Notes under the pieces: model-generated
What the model was told of the DNA's origin: nothing
What the model saw: only the letters and a program-made list of their open reading frames with translations
Database searches by the model: none
Made by a program: the position numbers and the translations under genes
Shown here: piece after piece, positions 39,124 through 53,994 of the stretch
How positions within the stretch are numbered: position 1 is the first letter of the stretch
How the letters are laid out: each line of letters opens with the position of its first letter
Assembly (NCBI GenBank): GCA_016746295.1
Contig: JAEAOA010001935.1
Coordinates: 484,430-548,429, forward strand
Length of the DNA: 64,000 nt
Direction: 5' to 3'
Origin: Potamilus streckersoni
Lineage: Eukaryota

Positions 39124-42100
39124 AAACAAGCAGGATGGTATGAGAATACTATAGTTAGGATTCGGTGATCGTGTTGGTATATCAATGAACAAAGACCATG
39201 TACTAAGGTTTAGATTAGCCTGGGATTGAAACAGCCTTCAGTCAATGATATATTGTGAACGAGCATGCGCTGTGAGTAAAATAGGTCAGCGGAAGGAGAA
39301 AAAAAAAAAAAGAAAAAGAAAAAAAAAACCCCACAATCGGCATACTTTTAGACTTTGTGTTGTAATCTATTGTAGTATACTCTGGCAGAGGCGCATCACC
39401 AAGCTTATTACATTCTTGTGTATTCCTACAACAACATCCGAGGTTACTTTTGGATTTTACGGAAATGGCCGGGCAAGGTTCCGATTGAAGTAAGCAAACA
39501 GAAAACTGAACTGAACATAGTGACAGCCATTTGATGCAGAACTGAACTTTAAATCTTTGGACATATGTTTGGTAATCTTTCTTCTTGTCTCATACTTATA
39601 ATGAAGCTATAAAGGTTATAAAATTAAGTTGACTTAGAAAGGTAACATGAAGTTACGTTGGTAGCGTAGTCTGTAATTAATGTTTGCCACTCTTTTTGCA
39701 AAACACAAGTGGGCAGAAATGTCAGTAAAACTTGTCAATCGCCTTTAAAGTTTATTTTATAGGATCTGAATCATAGATTAATCGTTAATTGTGTTTGTTT
39801 GGTACCGATAGTTGATATAACTTTTTTTGCCTTCCCGACTTTCAATTTGACATGGTGTCCTCAACTCCCATTTTTCGAGAGAACGTATCTCTCTCATTGA
39901 CGTCATGTCCACTGTATTTGTTTACATTAATAGACACAGATTCACATGGAGAGAAATATATGTCAAAAATCCTATCATTATTATTAATGAATTGAAACAA
40001 AGATATATGCTATGAAACAAACTCGTTTTGACTAATTCTTCTTTTTCTAGTCGTTATTATATTCCTTACTAAATATTCAGAGGTGGTTCTCGCTCTAAGA
40101 ATAGTATAGTCAGCATGTGATAACAACATGACTCACAGTCAGTAATTACATTAGTAGCACACATGACTCGCAGTCAGTAACTACATTAGTAACTGCTGAA
40201 TATGACACTATAAAGTTTGAATGTGGAACTGATGTTACCACTGTTCATAGGTGTTTTTTTTATATTATAATTTTTGCAAATTGACAAATTTATTTAATTC
40301 ATAATCAAAATCAGCATACTCTTCATTTATTTCTTAATTTATATCAGATAATTAGGACTTTTGTTTGAGGACAAATCATCAATTTTACTTTAACAGTAAA
40401 TTTTAAAGATTTGTTTTTGAAGAGAATTTTCATATTTAACATATTTTGACTTAATTTTCTTATTTTGTAGATAATGGTAAGAATAATAAACTGAAAATAA
40501 AATCTCAAGTAGTTTATGTCTTCTGTCCCTGATTATTAGTCAAGAGACATGAGTTACAAATGATGTAAAACTGGTTTACATCCTTCATAACTCCTTTCTC
40601 TACATAAATAATCAGGGAGCTTTTGAGAGAAAATAATGGTAAATGTAAGAAAAGCATTTAGAATGTCTAGCTAAGTCTTTATTACTTAATTTTTTTTTAT
40701 AAAACTTTAATTTTTTTAAATGTGCTTATGGTGTTGCAATATTTTTTAATGGAGCATATGTACATTGATGTGACAGGCAGAATTAGACTCCCAACTTTCT
40801 GACAAGTGGTTATTTGCCAAGAAGAGTATGCAGGAATATATCAGAGTAATTTTGTATGTGTGCTGTGCTAAAATAATTAATAGTTAAAATGAAAGGAGAG
40901 GTGCTACTATTTAAAAGAAAATCTAGTTCTGCAAAGGTGTAAGTAAATGCTTAAATGTGTCAAACTGTTAACTCCTGGATACATATTAAATTTTGGCATG
41001 TCTTGGTGTAGATTTTACATTACTCCACTTTAAAATTCAATTTTTGTTTTACTTTAGCTTTGAATTGCATTCTAATTTTTAAGTCTTGCATGATATTGAT
41101 TTGCTTGCCTGTTTCATGGCCCTAGTCCAAGTTTCCTCTGATCTTCATGACCCCATTTTAGATATTTTGACAAATGTCAAAATATCTAATATGTGGTGGG
41201 GAGGGATAGAGGAAACTATACTATCTCTATACTAGATAAAACTGTAGTAGAGCAAAGATGTGGGATTGTATACCAGTGTAGACTGGTAAATATTTTGCAT
41301 ATTTAATTCATTTAAACAGCAATATTGCAATTATGCTGATAATATTATTCATTCCAAGCTTGAGACAACTTGGACCCAACACATATTTACTGTCCATTTG
41401 TTTTCAAAGAATTGGTAAATAGAACTGAGCTGAATCAGGGTTGGCCTAAACCTGGACCAATTTGTCTTTAATTTGTGTACAGCAGACAGTTTGCTTAACC
41501 TATGAGCAAATAAAAAGAGAGATACTGATTAAGCTTTTTAAAAATATTAAAATTTTTGTTTGTTTCATTCTGCAGAATAGTTGTTTAACTCATTTATTGC
41601 TCTATGCATTATTTAAAGATAGTTTGAAGTACATGGTTCATACAGTCTTGTATAGTCCATCAATTTGAGGGGCTGCCTTGAATTTTTAGCTAAAACCACT
41701 TTATATTCATCTGAGGAAATACAAACTAGTGTAACTGAGTTAAAATATAGCACTCTTTAAATTCAAAAATTGTTTTTTTTACATATATTCCACATATTCT
41801 TTTCCTTAACAGATTTTTAGTACTAATAAGGATATATAATAAACCATCTGTATGACATACACAAATGTTAGTTTCAAATATGACACATTAATGTTTTTAT
41901 TTGTACAGTCTACTTGAGCTCCATAAATAACAGATCACTCTCTCACTTCAACACCCTTGATTATAACAAGGTTCCTGATATAAGGCAAGCAAGGCTATGG
42001 ATCTTGATTCCTTAATTGATAGTAAAATTAAATAGAACCCTTCATTAGGTACTGGTGTTGTATATAAATATTCCACACAGGGTTTAGCACATTACATCTG

Positions 42101-44705
42101 ACAGGCTTTGCTGAGTGTATGTTGCAAAATTTTATCCTGAGTGTGGATTCTTTCTATCCAATACATGATTTATAAGAAAGGATTATTTTTCTCCTGAAGT
42201 AAAAGTGCTATAACATTGGTAGTGAAAAAGATACTGAAAATGTCCTCACTATAACATGGAGTGTACAAAGTTAGGTTTCTACTGAAAATCAATGTGAACT
42301 TTAAACGTGATGTGAAAACTCATTATCATTACACAGAACCCAGGATGAAACTGCTAAGGTAATGCCAATACACATCTTAATTATGTTATTACAGATAGCT
42401 TAAAGATGAAAATGTGAACAGGCCAAAAGTAAGCTTGTATCCATAAGATTAATCAAGACAGGCCAAAAAGTAATGATGCAGTCCTCTTTTCATTGTCTTA
42501 AAACTCAGTGGTCTTAAAATAAGGAACAAAAAGAGTGAAAACCATTAAGTTTTGTTAAATTTAAAATATAATTTATTATCCTAAAATACAAAGTGAAAAT
42601 ATAAAAATAATATGTGGTGAATGAAATCCTAAACACTCCTAATTAGTTCTGTTAGGTCCCAAAGTACTGAGTAATCCAAATGAATTTCAGTTGTATTCTG
42701 AATGATGTTCTCTAATGTACTGGTGTAGCAATAGTGCTCATTTAATCACACTGACATTATCTGTGAATGTCTTTATATGAATTAATAGTAATTGTGTAAT
42801 AGTTATAATTATAAAATCTGAATAATTCTATTACTTAATAGTTCCAATGAATGATTGAATTAAATTAATGAATCCTCTCAATTAAATATCTTCCAAGACT
42901 GGTGGTATTACTAAGAATGTCTAATTTTCCAAGTAAACATCTCTTATTTACATAATTAATATGCTGTACAGAGAACATCTTTATCAATTTTATAAATCTC
43001 AACTGTAAGCAAGATTGTCTGTTTTTACAATGGCCATTCAGGAAGTAGGTTTATTGGCCTTTCAAGAAATAGAATCCTGAAAATCAGATCATGTGATGTT
43101 TACTTGAATATAATTGCAGCACAGCCTTGAAACTTGTGAATGGATTTACACAGTATACAAAAATGACATATCTTAAAGTGGGAACTTCAAATTAGTCGGG
43201 TGTTACGAACCTGTAGTTTAAGTGTGTGTGTGTTAAGGAGTCAATTCTGTATAAATCTTTTTATTTCATTTTATTGCATTAATTGTAATTATTAATATGA
43301 TTATATTAATATCAGTCTAATATGTTGCTAAAAACATCGTGTTTACTTGAGTTGTAAATGTGACTCGTGAGCACGTGCTGTGTATGATGGCAAATTCATT
43401 ACAAGTAAACATTCAGGAATAGCTATGAGAACAATTGGCTGATACTTGGTCAGGCTTTCCTAATGTCCAGAAATATTAAGAAATTGCATGCGTCCTCCGT
43501 TCGCATGTAATTCAAATGACATATTAGCTTCGTTTATATACTAAGGTTTTAGTAAGAGTCATTCACAGTCAGTCGGAGTTTATTGTAACATCTTAGTTAC
43601 ACAACTTCTATTACCTTAAAAAAGGTATTTTTGTGCTTGAAGAAGTTGTCTCTCTGTCTACGTAGAACAACATGTCTTGTTAGTGAAGTTAATTTTACTT
43701 CATTTTTCTGAATAATTGTTTTCCTGGAGAACAAAACATTACTGGTTTGGACAAAGACATTTTCCAAAAATATTCTAAACTGAAATGGAACAATACAAAC
43801 TGTGCTTTACTGTGTAAATTCTGGATTTTTCTGTTAGTTTTCTGTGTTTATTTAGAACTTTTTATATGACTTATGTTTATCTTTAGAACAAATAATTTGT
43901 ATTGTTTCCATAAATCGTAAGTCTTGTTTTACATATTTACATTTTTTCATGTTTTCTAGGAAAATAAAGTCATTTTGTTAAAATTTACAAAGCTTGTTGT
44001 CTTCACTCTTTCTTTGTGTTACTTTAAACGAGCCAATAAGTAACATGGGAAAATTAGTATTTAAAATATTATTAATTTGTAATTATAACCTCACAAACTA
44101 TTAATATAAATAATAATACACATAACAATTGTAAATCTAGGTTTTATTAACTTGACAATATTGCATTCTCTGGAAAAAATAATGTGATGAAGAACAGCAA
44201 TCATGCAATGAAAGATATTTTCCATTGGTGTTCTGCACATGAAAACACATTCATACACATAAAGGAATGTAAAAAATATACATCATTATGAGGTGGTCTC
44301 TCTATGAGGCAGTAATCTCTATGGCTTCTTTGGACTGTTTTTTATTGCGTGAGTACTGTAGCTGTTTTCATGTTTTCGTTCTCCAAAATGAAAAGTCTTA
44401 TTTGACATGGGATTTTCACCGGAAGATATTTAGTTGGTCCTAATTGATTAGTCTACTCAATTGTGAGAGTAGATTAATCAGTAGTTTTACTCACAATCAA
44501 CCATTCTTCAAATTATTTGTATGTTTAGTTACTTTATCCTAATTTATGTTTTTCTTCATTCACAGCCGATGGCCTGATATAGAGCATTGAAGATTCAGAT
44601 CAAGACCTGGTTCAGAAAAAAAGGGCTGTGATAGGGGCAAAAAGGGGCTGTGATAGGGGCAAAATAATTAAGTTCAGGTACATGAAATTTCACTTAATGT
44701 TATTT

Positions 44706-44900
44706 TGTTTGTTTTGTGGGCTTTAATGCCATTTTTCAGCACATAATAGGGCTATACATGGTTACCTGTATATTTGTTGGAGGAAGACCCTAGGAAGGAC
44801 AACTAACCCATGGGAAGTTACTGGTGAGCTTTCTTACATACCCTTGTTGGTCAAGGGGACTCATACCTAATGGAGAGAGATGAGATATAAGTGGTCTTTC
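44706..44900 (-). mobile_element. SINE family 1, highly degenerate relic
   Basis: It contains gggctttaatgccatttttcagcacataatagggctatacatgg…ggaggaagaccctaggaagg…gttactggtgagctttcttacatac. Confidence 0.5.
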
Positions 44901-45574
44901 AAGATGAGTGTTTTAAAAGCATGGCCACCCAGAATCACTAATTTATGAAGGTATTGCAGTGATTTAAGTTTTTATTCAAGTTTCAGAATCAGGGTAGGAG
45001 AACAGTTCGAATTTGGATTAAAAGATCTTGATACATTTTGTATTTTTTACTTGTTGTGACATTGGTTCACCAGAATGCAAGAACAGTGCTCCTTCTTTAT
45101 AGTGCTGTTCCTGTAAGCCATTGGAATGGCAATTTTTGTGAAGGAGTCTTATATAAAAACTCCTTGTCCTGTTAGTGCATTAAAACAAAAAAAATTAAAT
45201 TATTGACTGATGTAAAATCACCAATTAACTGGTTTTCATAATCCAAAAATGGAAATACAGCACAATAAATTCAGCATTGATGATAAATAAACGTGACCAT
45301 TTCAGCAAGATCCATGATTATTCCCAGGCTTCTCAATAGATATGTAACCTCAAATTTTGTTGCTTCGTATTTTAAAAAAAAATTTCTGATGCATGGAAAT
45401 TTTAGTCTGTGAGTTTTTATGACACACATTGATTTGGGCCTGGAGCATCAGTCTTAATTACCTTTGATTCACCTTTGGCATAATTTCCTATTGAGTATGT
45501 GCTATCCATAACAAATTTACTCATTGGGCCAGTGATTGAATTTTGTTAAGACTACTGTTTACATCTTATCAGTC

Positions 45575-46110
45575 ATTGATATCAAACCAATGCAAAATCA
45601 AAACAAACAGCCAATGATATTGCACCAATGCAAAATCAATGCAAACAGCCAGTGATATTGAACCAATGTAAAATCAATGCAAACAGCCAGTGATATTGAA
45701 CCAATGCTAAATCAATGCAAACAGCTAATGATATTTTATCAATACAAAATCAGTACAAACAGGAAATGATATTGCACCAATGCAAAATCAATACAAACAG
45801 CCAATGATATTGCACCAATGCAAAACCAATGCAAACAGAAAATGATATTGCACCAATACAAAATCAATACAAACAGCCAATGATATTGCACCAATGCAAA
45901 ACCAATACAAACAGAAAATGATATTGCACCAATGTAAAATCAGTGCAAACAGCCAATGATATTGCACCAATGTAAAATCAATGCAAACAGCCAATGATAT
46001 TTCTCCAATGCAAAATCAGTACAAACAGCCAATGATATTGCTCCAATGCAAAACCAATACAAACAGCCAGTGATATTGAACCAATGCAAAATCAGTACAA
46101 ACTGAGCAGA
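45575..46110. repeat. Satellite, 38-bp unit (caatgcaaacagccagtgatattgaaccaatgtaaaat), ~14 copies
   Basis: Period is 38 bp (45641 to 45679). The track ORF 45788..45994 on the minus strand is a translation of this repeat. Confidence 0.9.
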
Positions 46111-46796
46111 GCTAAAAGGTCACGAATGTCATACTTAGATGTGCATAACTGAATCAAGGTTAGAGATTTTTTGAGATTATCTTTGATGTTTATGAGAGAG
46201 GAAGAGGGAAACAATTATGACTTTTTTGGATTGACTTTTGATTAGATATTAGCATTTGTTTGATTGCATATTAAATTATAATCAGTTAGACAAAACCATG
46301 GAAGATATGATGGTTCACTAAACCTGTTGTCAAAGTGGACAAATTTTAACTGTTTTATTGGCAATTTATTTGGTTGGTGAAACATATAGCAAATCAGGTG
46401 TTTTAATTATTGTATCATTCAGTAAAATTTACTGGATATGACGCTCAGTAATTTTTTTTGTGCATTGGAATTACTTGAAACTGAATTTTGAGATGGACAA
46501 ACTTTGTTATATTGGATGTATTATTGAATTGTTTAGTCACAAGGTCCATCAAATGAGGGTTGTTAGTAAGTTTGTAAAACTAGGATATGATTAGCTAACA
46601 TATTCCATTTAAAAATGACCTAATAGTGTAAATTTGTGTTGTTCATCCTGGATTACTGGAAATGTCTTGTGCATGTTGTTTGTTACATTAGTTTGATGCA
46701 TGGCAATTGGATTGAATTGCTTTATGACACAGAAATTAGATTTCTGGTTCATGAACAACTTTCATAGATGTAAGAAACATCTTGATCATCAGTATG

Positions 46797-47822
46797 CTTC
46801 ACAAATAATGAACAATTCCAGCTATGAGATTGCCAGAAATGGTCTCCACAAATAATGAACAATTCCAGCTCTGAGGCTGTCAGAAATGGTCTCCACAAAT
46901 AATGAACAATTCCAGCTATGAGACTGTCAGAAATGGTCTCCACAAATAATGAACAATTCCAGCTCTGAGGCTGTCAGAAATGGTCTCCACAAATAATGAA
47001 TAATTCCAGCTTTTGAGACTGTCAGAAATGGTCTCCACAAATAATAATTCCAGCTATGAGATTACCAGAAATGGTCTCCACAAATAATGAACAATTCCAG
47101 CTATGAGATTGCCAGAAATGGTCTCCACAAATAATGAACAATTCCAGCTATGAGATTGTCAGAAATGGTCTCCACATATAATGAACAGATCCAGCTATGA
47201 GATTGTCAGAAATGGTCTCCACAAATAATGAACAATTCCAGCTATGAGACAGTCAGAATGGTCTCCACAAATAATGAACAATTCCAGCTATGAGACTGTC
47301 AGAAATGATCTCCACAAATAATAAACAATTCCAACTATGAGACTGTCAGAAATAGTCTCCACAAATAATGAACAATTCCAGTTATGAGATTGCCAGAAAT
47401 GGTCTCCACAAATAATGAACAATTCCAGCTATGAGACTGTCAGAAATGGTCTCCACAAATAATGAACAATTCCAGCATTGAGATTGTCAGAAATGATCTC
47501 CACAAATAATGAACAATTCCAGCTATGAGATTGCCAGAAATGGTCTCCACAAATAATGAACAATTCCAGCTATGAGATTGTCAGAAATGGTCTCCACAAA
47601 TAATGAACAATTCCAGCTATGAGATTGCCAGAAATGGTCTCCACAAATAATGAACAATTCCAGCTATGAGATTGTCAGAAATGGTCTCCACAAATAATGA
47701 ACAATTCCAGCTATGAGACTGTCAGAAATGGTCTCCACAAATAATGAACAAATCCATCTACGAGGCTGTCAGAAATGGTCTCCACAAATAATGAACAAAT
47801 CCAGCTATGAGATTGTCAGAAA
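46797..47822. repeat. Satellite, 47-bp unit (acaaataatgaacaattccagctatgagattgtcagaaatggtctcc), ~22 copies
   Basis: Period is 47 bp (46801 to 46848). Confidence 0.9.
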
Positions 47823-48850
47823 TAGACTGTGACTTGGAGAAATAATGGGTCAGATGGTTTGTCAGTTTTGAAATCTATCAAATTAAGTCTAATTCTCATC
47901 TCATAAAGCTTTTTGTGGGTATGTAGAATAAGCCCCATGTGAACTCCAGCATGTTGTAAGAGTCAACTAATGGAGATGGCCCTTTTGCTCCCAGTGATAT
48001 TACTCCAGCAGAGAAGTAACTGGACACTTTAATGGGCACAATTTATATGAAGAATTTATAATTTGTATTGTAAGGATTTTACATTTTTTCTTTTTAGATT
48101 TGGTTTGTATGCCTTTTTTGGGGGGATACCCAAACTTACTAGCATTATATAGCCAGGAATGTGCTGATGTACTGTGAATACATACATACAAAAGGCAGTG
48201 GTATGTTGAGGGCTTCAAAATGAGGAACCATTTTCCTCTGACAGGAGCTAATTAATGAAGACTTGTTTAATTAAGCCTTGTCTTATGACTTATTAATTAA
48301 TATGGGCAGTAACTATTGTTTTATGCATAGTACTCTTAATTTTAAATGATACATTAATGTAATTAAAATTTAAAATAATTTATGAATTAATCATTATATG
48401 ACTTTTTTGAACCAGTAATCTGAGTAATTACATGTTAGTCATTTTAATTTTTCCTGAAAGTCAGCATTCTCAGTAGAATTTTATTTACCAAGTGTTTTTA
48501 TCTTGCATTTACTTAATGATATAATTAATCCACTGTGTGACTCTAAAATGTGTCACTGTTGTTTAAGTTTGACTTTGTTTTTGTGTGTTTCATAGTTATG
48601 TTGTAAATGTTCCATGTGATTTCCCATTCATCTTTCTGTTGTCTGCATACTGTTGGGACATATTATTACAGACTATTTATTGAAAAGATTCATTAGAGTG
48701 AAATAATTCAGTTTTGATTTAAATTTGTAAAATTTTTGCATAATTGTAACTGCAGAAATTTCGATTTATTTCAGACATAGATCCTGTTGAACTGTTTCCT
48801 AATCCAGTTTGTAGTTAATAAAAAGGGTGGGACTCGAGACTAATTCAGAT

Positions 48851-49018
48851 ATGAATATCGGTAACTCCTACCCAGGATATCCTCAAAGCTACACATCTGG
48901 TCCACTGATAAATGAACAGGAAATTTCAAATGCATTACAGCAACGCAGTAGAGCTGAGCTTCAAGAATTATTGGATAATGAAGCCAAAATAAATGACATC
49001 GTTCAGGTACTTCCGCAG
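48851..49018 (+). CDS. VPS37: VPS37-like ESCRT-I subunit (Mod(r) domain protein), coding exon 1
   Basis: ATG at 48851 is the first ATG after an in-frame TAG at 48812. The six-frame ORF beginning 48827 starts at a GTG. Translation is MNIGNSYPGYPQSYTSGPLINEQEISNALQQRSRAELQELLDNEAKINDIVQVLPQ. The segment ELQELLDNEAKINDIVQ aligns to the N-terminal helix of vertebrate VPS37B as I recall it (…LNELLEDEGQLTEMVQ…). The exon ends CAG|gtaatt at 49018/49019, phase 0. An upstream acceptor-like tttcgatttatttcag|ac around 48762-48776 suggests a 5'UTR exon may lie further upstream. Confidence 0.72.
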
Positions 49019-51677
49019 GTAATTACTTTAACTTTATGGTATCACACTATGTACTATTATACACCTAAACTTTCAGTACAATCCAATTCTTAGGTTGACA
49101 CTACAGAACTGCACAATAGAAATTGGTATTTTTAAGAGCACATGTTCTAAACTCTGCATATGACTAAAGAGAAAAATCAATATTAAAACCTGAAATTGAC
49201 GACCCAAAATTTCCACTTGATTTATGATTTTATAAGAAAATTATTCAGACAGGTCATGCTGCAATGGCTGTTTCAGAAATGAAAACAAATTTATTTGGGA
49301 AGAATATAAGAACACTGTAAACAAAAGCATTTTTGAATTTATTGGCATCAAATGATCTTATCAAGAACTTCGTAAGATTCCTCTTGAGCAAGTGTTCAAA
49401 CTTAGAAATAGGAAAAACTTGGAATAAAAACCTGAGCTCACAGAGAATACCAGTATAAAAATCTCAAAAGAGAATGAATTACAAGCATTGTAACTGAAAT
49501 ATAATATTGCAAAGAAATGGTACTATAAATGCAGAATTGATTTTCAATTAGAATAATGTAATTAACTTGTAAAAAAAGTGGATAAACTTGCATAATTACA
49601 AGAAAGCTCAGTGATGTAGATAAAATAAGAAAGATATGTGTAATTATAAAAAGTATGCAATAATCTTCGTATAAGAGACACAGTCAGTAAGTGAAAATTT
49701 AAAATTATATATGGAACAACAACTGATCTATATTGTACATATAAATAAAAAAAGGATTAGCACTAGTTGTCAAGCAGTCAATAAAGTTAAAATATTAAAA
49801 TATTAACATGTAATGATAAAGACACTTTTATCTGTTTTGAGATGAATAAATTGCATCTTACAAATCAATATGAAGTTACCCTAAAGACCTATAATGAGAC
49901 TTAATGATTATATAATGCAATATTCAGTGGAGAACCTAATATTAGGGGGCAATTTCAATAGTGTAGAAAAAGAAATAAGTAACAATACAGCATTGCTGAT
50001 CATATATAAGTATAGTATTACTGAAAGTGATCAAAAAAGATTAAATATGTTAGGGTTTTAATAAAAGATAATGATAATTGATGCATATAGAAAAATTAAT
50101 TTAAAGAGATTATACATCTTCTTTTTTGAGCACTGTATGAACAGACTTGAATGTCACTTTTATGGATTTAGTCTTGTTTGCTCCGTTTTGGACAGAGTTA
50201 TGGCCCTTGTGGAGCATAATTCTTGTCTTCACATGAAAATTTGGACTGATGCTTGCAATCAGAATATTCAGGAACCATTCAGCTGGTAGATATTAAAAAT
50301 ATTGTCTCTTACAACTAGCTGTGCCTTTTTTGGGTTTTGACTTGTCTGTTCGATATTGAACAAAGGTATGACTGTTGTTATCTGCACAATTCATTTACAT
50401 TGATGTTGCTATAATCAGCATGGCTTATGTACCAGTCAACATATTCTAATGCATTTTGATGAGAATATTGTTCGGACACTGCATCAATATGTGGGAAGCA
50501 TATAGTAGTGACCTTTTCGGTCCAATCGTCTGTCCATTCACATTCTTATAACTAGCACAGATCTGCACCCCTCATATTTAAAGGATGCATTTTGGTTGTT
50601 GAATTGCTTATGACATATGACAGATGTGTTTTAACTGTTGTGTCTTTTGAGGTCAAATTTTCTATTTAGTTTTTGCCTTGTTGTCATCAGCATTTCACTA
50701 TTTCAAATCTTTGTAATCAATTAAACTTGAAGAATTATACATTATGATATAATCTCTTACATCTAGATGCGTTTTTGACTTGAATAGAGTTATCACCCTT
50801 GATAATTAGCTTCATGTCATCACATTGGATGCTGCTTGTTACCAGCATAGCTTTGCTACCCTTGTACATAGTTTTGATGGAGTTATTTTCCATTTTCCAT
50901 CAATGTTATATCTCTACTACAGCTGGTTCTTCTAATCAGTATAACTTAGGAACCATTAACAGATCCTAATGCAGTTTTGTATGTACATTTTTTCTGTTCT
51001 CGTTGTTATAGATGTCCCATTTATAAATTTTGTCTCATCTACACAATTATGGTCACAGTTGTGACCTTTGACAATTGATATCTTCATATATCATGTAGCT
51101 CAGCTAGCCATGTACATAGTTGGAATCCATTTGGTATCAGCATTGCCAATTGCATGTAGCTGTGCCCTTTATGAGATTTGTGTTGACACTGACCATTTGA
51201 GTAAAATTATTACTCTTGACCAGATTTGTATTTTCACATGGTTATGTTACTTGTAACTATAGTCTGAATATACCTCCATGTTTGTTTTTAACTCCCTACC
51301 ACTTTTTAAAAAAAATGAAAAGCACAAATAAAATTTCAAAAAAATGCACAGAACTTGGTTCATTCATTGATTTATAATTTCAAACCTGATTATGACTGGG
51401 GGGGGGACTAACACCATTGTCATATGTGAATTTCATACAAAACAAATTTTCATTGTAAAGGATGACCTGCTCGCCAGTTATTTTCAGTTCCTGGACAAGT
51501 CCATTTTCAGCAAAGGGGTGGATGCACAACATCACATGTATGTAGATAGAAGGAAAATATTACTTTGTCTGCTTCTAATACAGTGGTCCCCCTCTTTTAC
51601 AGCCACTCTTTCTGCACTGGAAAAGTGACCTTATAAGACGGGTGGCCTTTCCAGAGGGGGACTTTTTTTATGAGATG

Positions 51678-51679
<2 letters not shown>

Positions 51680-51765
<86 letters not shown>

Positions 51766-51766
51766 A
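51680..51766. repeat. Compound microsatellite (TA)38(TG)5 in VPS37 intron 1
   Basis: Direct reading of the sequence. Confidence 0.95.
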
Positions 51767-53262
51767 TAGTAGGAAAGCTACATATATCTTAAAGCAATTC
51801 ATATCTTTATTTAAAAGTTGCATTTATATTAAAATGTTCTTCTTGTCTTAAAAGCAGAATTATTTCAAGGTAACATAAATAGTTCTTATTCTTAGGTGTA
51901 TAATGTGGGTGGGATATTGTTGGCATACACATTACAAAACCATTCAAAAACATTATTTAAATCTTGATACATATGTTGTTTGATATTTAAAATAAATCTC
52001 TTTCATGTATTCCATTTTCCCCACAGCAACACAATATTCTCCTTATTTGAATCTTGTCAACATAAAATCATTTGACAAGTGAACTTTTCTCATTGTCATC
52101 ACGTTGATGTCATCACGTTGAATAACGTTTACTTTTTCTTCTAAAGTATTATTTCTTCATTTACATGATGACATGTTAGAGTTTTGTAATGATTTATTTG
52201 TATGTTGCTAATTTTACAGTACTGCAATTTAAGTTTGCAGATAAAGCGTTTGAAAATGAAAAACCTTGTTTTAAAGGTAGTGATCATGTGTTTTCACATG
52301 GTTTTTCTTTCGGTCTTTGTCTGGTACTCTGTTTTGTTCATGGTTAATTGTTTCTCTGTGTGTGCATGTGTGTGTTAATCCACAAAATCTATTTTTAGCT
52401 TATCTGACCAAGTTATGATTTTGACAATTATGTCGGTTGTAGTAGTCATTTAACAAAAACAAAATAATCCTCTGTGTGAACCCCAAACCTCGATCAAAAC
52501 ATTGCTGACACCATTTCTATCTTTCTATCTGACCATGTCACGATCTTGACAATTATGTCTGGTCGTAATCGGCAACTAAAAAAATACCTGTTCTGTGAAG
52601 GCCAAAGCTCTATTAAAACATTGCTGACCCCATTTCCTGCAAATGTGTACATTTATGATATAATAATAATCTTAGTAGTAGATGTACTTTAGCCAACACT
52701 TCTTTCAGTAATGAAAACCTGACATCCAGAAAGATAATTGGATTACTTACCTTACTGTAATTATATATTGGTTCTGGACACATATTAATTATAAAATGTG
52801 GTCACTTGTGAGGGTAAATTTTACATTTGTGCAGTAATATGTTGGTTGCTGGTTGCGTTAGAGGGGTGGCCTTTCTTGTGTGGTACATTTGAACAAAACT
52901 CATTGGTGCCAAGAGATTCTGGCTGCAAAGAATAGGTGGCCGCTGGTCAAGGGGGCCGTTCATGAGGGGGAACCACACTATTTACAATATCAAATGAAAC
53001 AAAGGAAAAGAATACAACTAGATTTCCCTTTCACGTTGATTTCACAAGTGGTGTAATTTCTATGTACATGTGTGACAAGTGATACAATTCTCAACCTATG
53101 GTAATTTACGGAATAATCCAGCACTTACAGAATAGAATGAACTATGTCACTCTGTTGTCTGAGGAAATAGATTTGCTCATATTGTGTGCAATATGGTGCT
53201 GTTTTAGTATTGTAACTCCGTTAATCATGAAATGTGCAGATGATGCCAGTGTTACTTACATT

Positions 53263-53345
53263 CTGATCACAGGTTACATTCTGATCACAGGTTACATTCT
53301 GATCACAGGTTACATTCTGATCACAGGTTACATTCTGATCACAGG
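53263..53345. repeat. Tandem repeat, 18-bp unit x4.6 (gatcacaggttacattct)
   Basis: Direct reading. It accounts for the track ORFs 53098..53349 and 53221..53439. Confidence 0.9.
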
Positions 53346-53822
53346 TTAGAAATTTCATATCACTGAATGAAATGACAAAGTTCAGTGCATTTTTTAATTC
53401 ATTCGAGATTTTGATATTGAAATTGGTAGAGAGGTGCAAACAAATGTGGATTTATGCAAAAGCTATAGCATAGCTGAAGAGCCCTTCAGTATATTTGATT
53501 TTAGGTTACTATGAACATAGATTTAATTGTGCCTTTAAAGGTTAGCAGTATTGGCAAAAATCAGTTCAGATTCAGTGCTTTGGTGGTTTGTGAATTTAGG
53601 ACTTGTCTTGTGGTTGTTTGATGTGGAATTTCTTCTATATCAGTTGGCAAAATGAGGTTATTATTCATTATGGGCAAGGACATGGATTTGAATTTTTTAA
53701 ATATTTTCAAGAATCTGTTTTACATTTTGTTAATTTGTGGCAAATAAATATTTAAAGCAGTTCAGATTTTACAGTTATTTTACATGTATTTTCTTATAGC
53801 CCATATTTATTCTTATTCACAG

Positions 53823-53994
53823 GTTAAAAATCTTACAACGGCAAGAGAAATCCAGATTGTCAAAAACAAAAGCCTGGCTGAGTCTAACCTGACCCTGCAA
53901 CCTCGACTGGCTGATATGAAGAGAATAGTAGGGACGAACTATGAGGAGTGCAATAAACTGAAACTCTCGCTGGGGAAAAATGTTGCTTTGTTAG
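53823..53994 (+). CDS. VPS37: VPS37-like, coding exon 2
   Basis: Acceptor ttcttattcacag|gtt at 53822/53823 and donor ttag|gtacat at 53994/53995. The exon is 172 nt, entering in phase 0 and leaving with 1 nt. Translation is VKNLTTAREIQIVKNKSLAESNLTLQPRLADMKRIVGTNYEECNKLKLSLGKNVALL. The segment NKSLAESNLTLQPRL matches the recalled VPS37B segment NRSLAEGNLLYQPQL. Confidence 0.8.

Noticed and set aside
48827-49093. The track ORF start at 48827 and its read-through to 49093 (…VLPQVITLTLWYHTMYYYTPKLSVQSNS)
   Set aside because: Position 48827 is a GTG, not an ATG. The first ATG is 48851. A consensus donor CAG|gtaatt at 49018/49019 ends the exon. The downstream residues are intron translation and have no VPS37 similarity.
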